Of a stretch of DNA of 64,000 bases, positions 37,089-45,460 are shown piece after piece; positions within the stretch are counted from its first letter, which is position 1, and the number at the start of each line of letters is the position of its first letter. Origin of the DNA: an uncultured Flavobacteriales bacterium (GTDB lineage: Bacteria > Bacteroidota > Bacteroidia > Flavobacteriales_G > Salibacteraceae); assembly GCA_913057205.1 (NCBI GenBank), contig CAJXNO010000006.1, positions 1,778 through 65,777 of the forward strand, written 5' to 3'. Position numbers and translations under genes: made by a program. The notes below the pieces were generated by a model. The model had not been told where the DNA came from. It was given only the letters and a program-made list of their open reading frames with translations, and made no database searches.

Positions 37089-38129
37089 ATGGCTGCATAC
37101 ATCCAGAAAATCGCCACTGCCCTGCCCAATCATCGCTATGGGATGCAAGAAATTGTTTCCTTTTTGACAGAACATGCAGTCACGAGCAACGCAAAGAGAA
37201 AAGCAAAAATCGTAGTGCAGAAAAGCGGGATAGAACATCGGTTTTCGGTGCTCGGGGATTTCAGGCACAGCGCCAGTCCAGCCTTATTCAACGGCCACGT
37301 TCCCTTGGTAGAACAACGCATGCGGATTTACCAGCAAGAAGCACTACCTCTAGCAATGCAGGCGATTGAAAAGCTCGACCTTGACGCGAAGCGCATCACC
37401 CACATCATTACCGTTTCTTGCACCGGAATGACCGCTCCAGGACTGGAGCTTCAATTGGCAAAAGCCTTGGGACTGAACCACAACGCTGCAAAACATGCGG
37501 TAAACTTTGTTGGTTGTCATGGTGCTTTTCACGCCCTGAAAATGGCAAACGCCTTTTTGTCGCAGGATTCTAACCACAAGGTGCTGGTTGTAAGTGTTGA
37601 GCTCTGCAGCCTGCATTATCAGCCTTCCAACGATGATGACAGCATCCTCGCCAACGTACTTTTCGGAGACGGTGCAGCGGCTTGCCTTTTGGGAACGACT
37701 CGTTGCAAACACAGCATTGAGATGAAGGACTTTGAGCAGCAAATCATCCCCGATGACGATGGGTTGATGGCGTGGAATATCCACTCCAATGGCTTTTTGC
37801 TCAAGCTGAGCAGCTACGTACCTAAAGCCATTGAAGCCGGCTTGAATGGGATTTTAGACAACTCATCTCAAAAGGCCACGCACTGGGCAGTACACCCTGG
37901 AGGCAAAAACATCCTAGAGGCTGTAATGCATCAACTCCACCTGGGGCAAGAAGACCTGCATGACTCCTTTGACGTACTCCGGCAAGTTGGTAACCTCTCC
38001 TCCGCCACCATCCTGTTTGTGCTTCAACGCATGCTAGAACGTAAAAAAGTAGGGGCCTTAACGGCGCTCGGATTTGGACCTGGCCTATCTTTAGAGATCA
38101 TGCACGCTGAGCTCATAGGTGATGAATAA
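37089..38129 (+). CDS. type III polyketide synthase (chalcone/stilbene synthase superfamily)
   Basis: Cys-His-Asn triad contexts are present: VSCTGMTAPG, WAVHPGGKNIL and GNLSSATILF. About 346 aa from ATG 37089. Confidence 0.9.
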   Translation: MAAYIQKIATALPNHRYGMQEIVSFLTEHAVTSNAKRKAKIVVQKSGIEHRFSVLGDFRHSASPALFNGHVPLVEQRMRIYQQEALPLAMQAIEKLDLDAKRITHIITVSCTGMTAPGLELQLAKALGLNHNAAKHAVNFVGCHGAFHALKMANAFLSQDSNHKVLVVSVELCSLHYQPSNDDDSILANVLFGDGAAACLLGTTRCKHSIEMKDFEQQIIPDDDGLMAWNIHSNGFLLKLSSYVPKAIEAGLNGILDNSSQKATHWAVHPGGKNILEAVMHQLHLGQEDLHDSFDVLRQVGNLSSATILFVLQRMLERKKVGALTALGFGPGLSLEIMHAELIGDE

Positions 38130-38829
38130 ATTCTCCCGTCGACACCCCGGACCAGAGCTTATGGATGCACCTGACGTGAATCCACCGGCACTAAAGCGCA
38201 ACCTGTACGAACTTGAGGTCATCAACCAATGGCTGGGTGGACACCTCTGCACCTACCGAGGACTTCGTCATTTCCAGCTGAAAGCAGGGCAACATTACCG
38301 CATACTGGATGTAGGTTGTGGCGGTGGCGATACCCTTCGCGCCATAGCAAAGTGGGGAAAGCAAAAGCGTCTTGATCTTGAATTGGTGGGCATTGACCTT
38401 TCCCAAACCGCTGTAGACTATGCGAACGAACGCTGTGCGAAGCACTCCAACATTTCCATCGTGCATGCTGGATTCGAAAGCTATCGCCCAGACCAAAGCT
38501 TTGATATTATTCTTTGCAGCCTTTTCACCCACCACTTCTATGAGGAGAACTTGCATAAGCTCATCGCTATGATGGATGAAAACAGCAGGCTCGGTTTCAC
38601 CATCAACGATTTAGAACGCAACCCACTTGCCTACCACAGCATCCGTATCCTCACGCAACTGTTCTCCCGCTCCTATTTGGTGAAAAACGATGCCCCACTA
38701 TCCGTGCTGCGCGGATTCAAGAGAACGGAATGGTTGCACCTTCTCCATGAGCTCGGCTACAGCGATGCTCGCGTAGAAAACGTTTGGGCTTTTCGCCACG
38801 CTATTACATACGTTAAAGGCCATGCATGA
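38122..38829 (+). CDS. class I SAM-dependent methyltransferase
   Basis: Motif I ILDVGCGGGD and a post-I acidic residue. The start overlaps the PKS stop (ATGAATAA). Confidence 0.8.
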   Translation: MNKFSRRHPGPELMDAPDVNPPALKRNLYELEVINQWLGGHLCTYRGLRHFQLKAGQHYRILDVGCGGGDTLRAIAKWGKQKRLDLELVGIDLSQTAVDYANERCAKHSNISIVHAGFESYRPDQSFDIILCSLFTHHFYEENLHKLIAMMDENSRLGFTINDLERNPLAYHSIRILTQLFSRSYLVKNDAPLSVLRGFKRTEWLHLLHELGYSDARVENVWAFRHAITYVKGHA

Positions 38830-39940
38830 TGTAGCCATCATAGGAGGTGGCCTTGCAGGACTAGCCTTGAGCATCGAGCTTAGCAGGAAAGGCCATGATG
38901 TAGTACTCATCGAAAAGCACCGCTATCCGTTTCACAAGGTTTGCGGCGAGTACATCTCCAAAGAGTCAGAAGCCTACTTGAAATGGCTGGGTGCCGACCT
39001 TGAAAAACTCGGGGCAAAACGCATTCACCAGTTCCGCTTGACGCACTACTTGGGCAGTGAAGTACGTTCAGCTCTACCTCTTGGAGGAATCGGTATCAGT
39101 CGATTCACCTTAGACGCCACGCTTGCAGAAGAAGCCAAACGCGGTGGTGTCGCCGTCATGGATGGCACCCGGGTCAATGGAACTAAGGAAAACGCATTAG
39201 AAACAACCGCAGGAAGCATTGAGGCGAAGTTGATCATAGGCGCACATGGCAAGCGATCCAACATCGACAAAACCTTGAACAGACCATTTATTGAAGCAAA
39301 AGCGAAAGGGCGAGACCACTTCGTAGGCGTAAAATACCACCTAAAGACCGACTTGCCAGACGATCTGATCGAGCTGCACGTGTTTCCGGATGGATATGCT
39401 GGGATATCTGCTGTTGAAGACGGTCGCTACTGCCTGTGTTACCTGACCAAAGCCCATCATTTGGAACAAAATGGAGCTATCCAAGCAATGGAGAAGCAAG
39501 TCTTAGGTAAGAACCCTGCTCTGGCATCCTATCTCGATCGTTTCCCTTCTCTCTACGAGCGTCCAGAGGCCATCGCCCAGATCAATTTCCAGAATAAGGA
39601 GAAAGGTAGGGACAACATCTTTTTTGCGGGAGATGCCGCAGGACTGATCGCCCCACTGAGCGGCAATGGTATGAGTATGGCCCTTCACAGCGCGCACCTG
39701 CTGAGCAAAGAGATCGACTTGCTCTTGCACCAGAAACAAACAAAAGAAGCGACCCTAAATCACTACGATGCAGCCTGGCACAAGGCATTTGGACATCGCT
39801 TCAAATCCGCGCGCTTCTTACAGGAAGTGTTCTTTCGTCCTACAGCCATGAATTGGCTTATGAAAACAGCCAACTTCTTTCCACCTTTGAAACATCGGAT
39901 CATCAAACAAACACATGGAGAAGCGTTTTTCGAGGGATGA
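38822..39940 (+). CDS. FAD-dependent oxidoreductase/monooxygenase (geranylgeranyl-reductase-like fold)
   Basis: N-terminal DVAIIGGGLAGLALS dinucleotide-binding motif and GDAAGLIAPLSGNG. The start overlaps the methyltransferase stop (ATGCATGA). Confidence 0.8.
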   Translation: MHDVAIIGGGLAGLALSIELSRKGHDVVLIEKHRYPFHKVCGEYISKESEAYLKWLGADLEKLGAKRIHQFRLTHYLGSEVRSALPLGGIGISRFTLDATLAEEAKRGGVAVMDGTRVNGTKENALETTAGSIEAKLIIGAHGKRSNIDKTLNRPFIEAKAKGRDHFVGVKYHLKTDLPDDLIELHVFPDGYAGISAVEDGRYCLCYLTKAHHLEQNGAIQAMEKQVLGKNPALASYLDRFPSLYERPEAIAQINFQNKEKGRDNIFFAGDAAGLIAPLSGNGMSMALHSAHLLSKEIDLLLHQKQTKEATLNHYDAAWHKAFGHRFKSARFLQEVFFRPTAMNWLMKTANFFPPLKHRIIKQTHGEAFFEG

Positions 39941-40838
39941 AAGTAGCGCAGAACTCACCGACTCGGTAAGCAAGAGCAGCAGCTGGCGAGACGCATTCGT
40001 TCTGATGCGAATTCCTTTCTCGGTTTTTTTGATGCCGGTGTTCTGGTTTGCCCTCAGCAATATGGAAAGCTACGACAGCTGGCGGGCATTCTGGATCTTT
40101 ATCATCATCCACATCTTCCTCTACCCTGCAAGCAATGGCTACAACAGCTACTTTGACCGCGACGAATCAAGCATTGGAGGCCTTAGGGAGCCCCCACAAG
40201 TAGGCAGTGAGTTGTTTCGACTGGTCATGGTATTTGACGCGATCGCCATCCTTGGAGCATGGTTCATCACTCCGCTCTTCGCCATGATGGTATTGATCTA
40301 TACCTTGGTTTCTAAAGCCTACAGTTTCGACGGGATTCGGCTAAAGCGCTTTCCGGTTATCAGCACCACGGTGGTAACCGTCTTTCAAGGTGCTTTCACT
40401 TACGGCATGATCCTGATCGGACTAGAAGTGAGCATCAAAGAGATTGACATGGTGTATGCTGCTACCAGCACGCTGCTCATCAGCGGTTCTTATCCGCTTA
40501 CCCAGATCTACCAGCACACAGAAGACAAAGAACGAGGCGACAAGACCCTCTCTTTGATGCTCGGTGTGCGCGGCACCTTTTTATTCTCGGCCTTCATGTT
40601 CGTGATCGGTTTTGGTGCGCTGATGACCACCTACTTCATGGAAGAACGCTGGAATGCAATGGGTATGATCGGTATAAGCTCAGCTCCGCTCGCCTACTAT
40701 TTTGTGCGCTGGATGTGGCTTTCCTGGAATGATGAAGACCACGTGAACTTTCGGAATACGATGAACATGAATGCGATTGCCTCCCTCTGCTTGAGCGCGG
40801 GATTCATCCTCATCTTGATGTTGGAACACTACTTCTGA
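39915..40838 (+). CDS. UbiA-family aromatic prenyltransferase (membrane)
   Basis: About 8 TM segments, a first Asp-rich motif NGYNSYFDRDED-like (NGYNSYFDRDES) and a second motif YQHTEDKERGD. It overlaps the upstream gene by 26 nt if the ATG at 39915 is used. Confidence 0.8.
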   Translation: MEKRFSRDESSAELTDSVSKSSSWRDAFVLMRIPFSVFLMPVFWFALSNMESYDSWRAFWIFIIIHIFLYPASNGYNSYFDRDESSIGGLREPPQVGSELFRLVMVFDAIAILGAWFITPLFAMMVLIYTLVSKAYSFDGIRLKRFPVISTTVVTVFQGAFTYGMILIGLEVSIKEIDMVYAATSTLLISGSYPLTQIYQHTEDKERGDKTLSLMLGVRGTFLFSAFMFVIGFGALMTTYFMEERWNAMGMIGISSAPLAYYFVRWMWLSWNDEDHVNFRNTMNMNAIASLCLSAGFILILMLEHYF

Positions 40839-41804
40839 TCAGGCTTTCATCACCTCATCCATCATCACTTTTGAGCCTAGATAAAGTGGGCTCTTTTGAT
40901 GCAATTCGGTCGGCTGTAGGTCTAAGATATTCTTCTCTCCATCCGTGGCGTAGCCACCTGCCTGTTCGATGAGGTAGGCCATCGGATTGCATTCATAGAC
41001 CAAGCGCAACTTTCCTGAAGGAGCTTCGCCGGTAGATGGATATACATATACGCCTCCTTTGAGCAGGTTGCGGTGGAAATCCGCCACCAAAGACCCGATG
41101 TAACGACCGGTATAACGGCGTTTGCCATTTTCGTTCTTTTTATCTCGACAGTACTGCACGAAGCGCTGAAGACGAGGATTGAAATCATCAAAGTTCACTT
41201 CATTGATGGAGTAAACCTTGCCATCTGCGGGCGTTTTAACATGGTCTAAGATGCGATGGTACGATCGTTTCCAAGGTTCAAGCGTGAAGACATGCACTCC
41301 ATGTCCCGTTGAAAGCACCAATTGGGTACTCACACTGTACAAGACATACCCTGCAGCCACCTGCCTGCGACCGGGTTGTAAGAAGTCTTGCGCCATAACC
41401 TTTTCTCGACGCGACGATACACGTTCATAAATACCGAAGATGGTTCCAATGGATACGTTCACATCAATGTTAGAAGAGCCATCCAAAGGGTCGATGACCA
41501 CCACATAGGCTGCATCTTCATTGCCTTCAAAAGACACAAAATGGTCGCTTTCTTCGCTCGCCCATCCTGCTACAACGCCTGAGTTACGTAGTGCTCGCTC
41601 AAGTACACCATCCGCATAAACGTCGAGCTTTTGCTGCTGATCACCGGTGCTGTTTTCACTTCCTTTTGCGCCAAGGATATCATCTCCGAGCCCTTGATAT
41701 CCCACCTCCTTAGAAACGATGAAGGAGGCTTTCTCAATCGCACTGAAGATCTTTGCGATCTGCGGATTGGTCTCACTAGCAAGGAATTCATTGAGCTCAG
41801 TCAT
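40839..41804 (-). CDS. fbp: fructose-1,6-bisphosphatase class I
   Basis: Collinear with class I FBPases (VIDPLDGSSNID, GRYIGSLVADFHR, GGVYVYP). Confidence 0.95.
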   Translation of the reverse strand: MTELNEFLASETNPQIAKIFSAIEKASFIVSKEVGYQGLGDDILGAKGSENSTGDQQQKLDVYADGVLERALRNSGVVAGWASEESDHFVSFEGNEDAAYVVVIDPLDGSSNIDVNVSIGTIFGIYERVSSRREKVMAQDFLQPGRRQVAAGYVLYSVSTQLVLSTGHGVHVFTLEPWKRSYHRILDHVKTPADGKVYSINEVNFDDFNPRLQRFVQYCRDKKNENGKRRYTGRYIGSLVADFHRNLLKGGVYVYPSTGEAPSGKLRLVYECNPMAYLIEQAGGYATDGEKNILDLQPTELHQKSPLYLGSKVMMDEVMKA

Positions 41805-42741
41805 TAGCCTTCAGTTTGCGCAAAGGTGATAATTCGCGCAAGTTCTCACCGACGCTTTTTTTCTCTTCTTCCTCCACAATGGGTTCCAAACCCGCTTGCA
41901 GGAAGCGGTAACTGTCTAGCGCATAGATGATCTCATAACCTAAAGGCAAGAAGTGAGAACGAATGATGGTTTCCAGGTCGTTTTCATAGGATGGAAAATA
42001 GGCCCGCTTGATCAGTGAAAACAACTCCTGTCCGTCTTTATCCAACACCGTCATATGTGCTTTGATCACCCTTGGATAGTCATCGGATTGCAGGGACACA
42101 TGGTCTGTGGTACCAATCATCATGTCGAGTTCATTGACGAACAAATAGTAGTCTACCCCATGCTTCGGTGTCAATGAATCGGTGAGTACCGGATTGATGA
42201 CCTTGACCTTCGTGATCAATTCACGCGTCTCTTCCACGGTCACCAGCTGGCCCTCTTCAATGCGGGTGCCAGGCTCAAGTTCAGTCTTGATCTCCCCTTG
42301 CAGTTTGAGCCAATAGTTGGCCAACCGCTTTTTGAAGTTTTGGTCTTCCTTGATCACCGGTGCCTCATAAGGAACGATCGGGTTCTTGGTGAGGTGATAG
42401 ACAAAATCAAGGTCCATGTTCAAGGCAGGGTCATCGGCGTGAAGGTTAACCGTCTCATTGTAGGGTTTTGCTGCGATGAGGATGGCATTATCCAGGCCTT
42501 TCCGGAAGAAGCCACGGGTATGTAAATACGTGTAACTGGTGCCTTTGGCGATATCTCGATCTACTTGACTCATGTAGCGGTCTGGATGAAAAGGAATCAC
42601 GCAAACCGTTGGCCGATCGAGTTTGGCTATACTATCCTTATAGAACCCCAAGTAAAGCGAGTCGTTAGTTGGGCCATAATTCGATTGTGCAAAGAGGCTG
42701 CCCATGATGCATGTCAACGCCCCGATCATCATCCATTTCAT
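41797..42741 (-). CDS. secreted hypothetical protein
   Basis: Signal peptide (MGSLFAQ) and protein-like composition. It overlaps the fbp start by 8 nt. No family recognised. Confidence 0.55.
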   Translation of the reverse strand: MKWMMIGALTCIMGSLFAQSNYGPTNDSLYLGFYKDSIAKLDRPTVCVIPFHPDRYMSQVDRDIAKGTSYTYLHTRGFFRKGLDNAILIAAKPYNETVNLHADDPALNMDLDFVYHLTKNPIVPYEAPVIKEDQNFKKRLANYWLKLQGEIKTELEPGTRIEEGQLVTVEETRELITKVKVINPVLTDSLTPKHGVDYYLFVNELDMMIGTTDHVSLQSDDYPRVIKAHMTVLDKDGQELFSLIKRAYFPSYENDLETIIRSHFLPLGYEIIYALDSYRFLQAGLEPIVEEEEKKSVGENLRELSPLRKLKAND

Positions 42742-42872
42742 AACGTGCTAAGCTACATCAAGCCAGACGCAGGGAAGCCGTGGGCAGAGCGATCTTAAGA
42801 ACACTGCACTGTGAACTGACGAAGGACAGGTTTTAAGATGACCATCAACCACCCCTAACTCTTCTACCTTTA

Positions 42873-42880
42873 TAACTTTG
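42873..42880 (+). promoter_or_regulatory. Bacteroidota -7 promoter box (TAACTTTG)
   Basis: Perfect TAnnTTTG, 19 nt upstream of the hmgA ATG. Confidence 0.4.
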
Positions 42881-42898
42881 TGGATTTAAAGACGATTT

Positions 42899-44056
42899 AT
42901 GCCCTTCTATCACAAGCTAGGTAAGACCCCACCCAAACGTCACACACAATTTCGTCAACCGAATGGCAAATTGTATCAAGAACAACTTTTCGGAACCGTG
43001 GGATTCGACGGCATGTCGAGTAATCTCTATCATGTACATGCACCAACCCGCGTCACCTCTGTAGGTGAGCCGGTAGACATGACCCCGGATGTTGCCGTGG
43101 GCAACAACATGACTTCACGCATGCTGAAAGGTTGGAGTGTAGCACCAAAGGATGATTTCCTGGAGAGCCGCGTTCCCGTGTTGGTGAACAATGATGTTCA
43201 GATCATTCTATCCTCTGCACGCAAGTCGCTCACCGAGTATTTTTATAAGAATGCCGACAGCGATGAGATGATCTTCATCCATAAAGGCTCGGGCAAGCTG
43301 CGTACCTTGGTAGGGAACATCGATTTCAAGTATGGCGACTACCTGATTGTACCAAGAGGCATGATCTATCAAATCCAATTTGACACGGAAGACAATCGAC
43401 TCTTCATTGTTGAATCAAAGCAGCCGATCTACACCCCTAAAAAGTACAGAAACTGGTTCGGTCAACTATTGGAACATTCTCCTTTCTGTGAACGAGACAT
43501 TCGTCCACCTCATGAATTGGAAACCCACGATGAATCGGGCACCTTTACCATGAAGGTAAAGAAGCAAGGTATGCTACACACGCTTACCTATGATCGCCAT
43601 CCATTTGATGTAGTAGGTTGGGATGGTTTCAACTTCCCCTACGCCTTCAGCATTCACGACTTTGAGCCGATCACTGGCCGCATCCATCAACCCCCGCCCG
43701 TGCATCAGACCTTTGAGACCACTAGCTTCGTGGTATGCAGCTTTGTTCCGAGGCTATATGACTATCATCCAGACTCCATTCCGGCACCATATAACCACAG
43801 CAATATTGACTCAGATGAGGTGCTGTATTATGTGGATGGCGACTTCATGAGTCGGAATCACGTAGAAAAAGGATATATTTCCTTGCACCCAGCGGGTATT
43901 CCTCACGGACCACACCCGGGCGCAATGGAGCGCAGCATTGGCCAGAAGGAAACCGCTGAGCTCGCGGTCATGGTAGACACCTTCGCGCCGCTTCAAATCA
44001 CAAAGCAGGCACTGGAGATCAACGATGATACCTACTGGAAGAGCTGGATCGACTAG
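42899..44056 (+). CDS. hmgA: homogentisate 1,2-dioxygenase
   Basis: 385 aa short-form HmgA typical of Bacteroidota, with a cupin core containing HPxGxPHGPHP. Confidence 0.88.
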   Translation: MPFYHKLGKTPPKRHTQFRQPNGKLYQEQLFGTVGFDGMSSNLYHVHAPTRVTSVGEPVDMTPDVAVGNNMTSRMLKGWSVAPKDDFLESRVPVLVNNDVQIILSSARKSLTEYFYKNADSDEMIFIHKGSGKLRTLVGNIDFKYGDYLIVPRGMIYQIQFDTEDNRLFIVESKQPIYTPKKYRNWFGQLLEHSPFCERDIRPPHELETHDESGTFTMKVKKQGMLHTLTYDRHPFDVVGWDGFNFPYAFSIHDFEPITGRIHQPPPVHQTFETTSFVVCSFVPRLYDYHPDSIPAPYNHSNIDSDEVLYYVDGDFMSRNHVEKGYISLHPAGIPHGPHPGAMERSIGQKETAELAVMVDTFAPLQITKQALEINDDTYWKSWID

Positions 44057-44099
44057 ATCAATTCAAGAACAACTTCACACACCATATAAAGTAAACGAC

Positions 44100-45251
44100 A
44101 TGGAAACAGCTAACAAACGAGCAAACGTAAGATACGGCACAGACAAGATCTTCGAAGAGGCCGAAGACTTTCTTCCGCTCTTAGGCACGGATTACGTAGA
44201 GCTGATCGTAGGTAACGCGAAGCAATCTGCCCACTTCTATAAGACCGCCTTCGGTTTTCAATCCTTGGCCTATGCTGGGTTGGAAACAGGTGTTAAAGAC
44301 CGAGTATCTTACGTCTTACAACAAGATAAGATCCGCTTGGTCCTTACCACACCCTTGGAGCCAGGCGGATGGATGAACGAACACCTCAACGAACATGGCG
44401 ATGGCGTGAAAGTGGTTGCGTTGTGGGTTGAAGACGCTACGAAAGCATGGGAAGAAACCACCAAACGCGGAGCGAAGTCGTACATGGAACCCACGCGTGA
44501 AGAAGACGATAACGGTTACGTTGTTCGATCGGGAATCTACACCTATGGAGAAACGGTACACATCTTTGTTGAGCGCAATGCGTATGACGGAATATTCCTT
44601 CCTGGCTTTAAGAGCTGGGAATCACATTACAACCCTGAAGCCGTAGGTCTGAAGTATATTGATCACATGGTTGGCAACGTTGGCTGGGGTGAGATGAATA
44701 CCTGGGTAGACTTTTATGCCAAGGTAATGGGCTTTGCACAGATCGTGACCTTCGACGATAAGGACATCTCAACCGAATACACCGCATTGATGAGCAAGGT
44801 GATGTCGAACGGTAACGGCCGAATAAAGTTTCCTATCAATGAGCCCGCCGAAGGCAAAAAGAAGTCTCAGATCGAAGAATACATCGATTACTACAAAGGA
44901 GCAGGAGTTCAGCACATCGCAGTGGCTACGGACAACATCGTTGACACCGTTTCTGCTATGCGAGATCGTGGTGTTGAATTCCTGTATGTTCCAGAGACCT
45001 ATTATGACGACCTAAAGGAGCGTGTGGGAGAGATTGATGAAGACATCAACATTCTTAAAGAGCACGGCATTTTGGTAGATCGAGATGACGAAGGATACCT
45101 ACTACAGCTGTTCACAAAGCCGGTAGTTGACCGTCCAACCATGTTCTTTGAGATCATTCAACGGAAAGGAGCCTGGAGCTTCGGAAAAGGAAACTTCAAA
45201 GCACTGTTCGAAGCCATCGAAAGAGAGCAAGGTGTTAGAGGAACACTCTGA
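44100..45251 (+). CDS. hppD: 4-hydroxyphenylpyruvate dioxygenase
   Basis: Two VOC/glyoxalase-fold halves. GVQHIA and LLQLFT...RPT.FFEIIQR..A..FG.GNFKALFE C-terminal signature. The ATG at 44100 is preferred. Confidence 0.9.
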   Translation: METANKRANVRYGTDKIFEEAEDFLPLLGTDYVELIVGNAKQSAHFYKTAFGFQSLAYAGLETGVKDRVSYVLQQDKIRLVLTTPLEPGGWMNEHLNEHGDGVKVVALWVEDATKAWEETTKRGAKSYMEPTREEDDNGYVVRSGIYTYGETVHIFVERNAYDGIFLPGFKSWESHYNPEAVGLKYIDHMVGNVGWGEMNTWVDFYAKVMGFAQIVTFDDKDISTEYTALMSKVMSNGNGRIKFPINEPAEGKKKSQIEEYIDYYKGAGVQHIAVATDNIVDTVSAMRDRGVEFLYVPETYYDDLKERVGEIDEDINILKEHGILVDRDDEGYLLQLFTKPVVDRPTMFFEIIQRKGAWSFGKGNFKALFEAIEREQGVRGTL

Positions 45252-45284
45252 TTTTATCTAGGAATCCAACAATACAGTCTACGA

Positions 45285-45314
45285 AGCGCGGCAAAAGATT
45301 TGTCGCGCTTTTTT
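45285..45314 (+). terminator. rho-independent terminator after hppD
   Basis: AGCGCGGCAAA-AGA-TTTGTCGCGCT (11 bp with one G-U pair) followed by T6. Confidence 0.65.
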
Positions 45315-45460
45315 ATAGCCTCATTTTCAGAAACTTACACACATATATAGCAGATATATCGATTAATGGCCATTAAATTCGGATTAAATAATAAATACAC
45401 TAGACTAAGCTGAGTCTTAAGAATTATTAAATTCGTGATTACTCAAAATTTAATAAGTCT

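Noticed and set aside
42899-45251. A possible functional link between hppD/hmgA (homogentisate formation and cleavage) and the nearby UbiA prenyltransferase, by analogy with homogentisate prenyltransferases.
   Set aside because: The genes are separated from the PKS operon by two oppositely oriented genes. They have their own -7 box and terminator, and hmgA + hppD together are the standard tyrosine catabolic pair. The idea cannot be excluded, but nothing in the sequence supports coupling.
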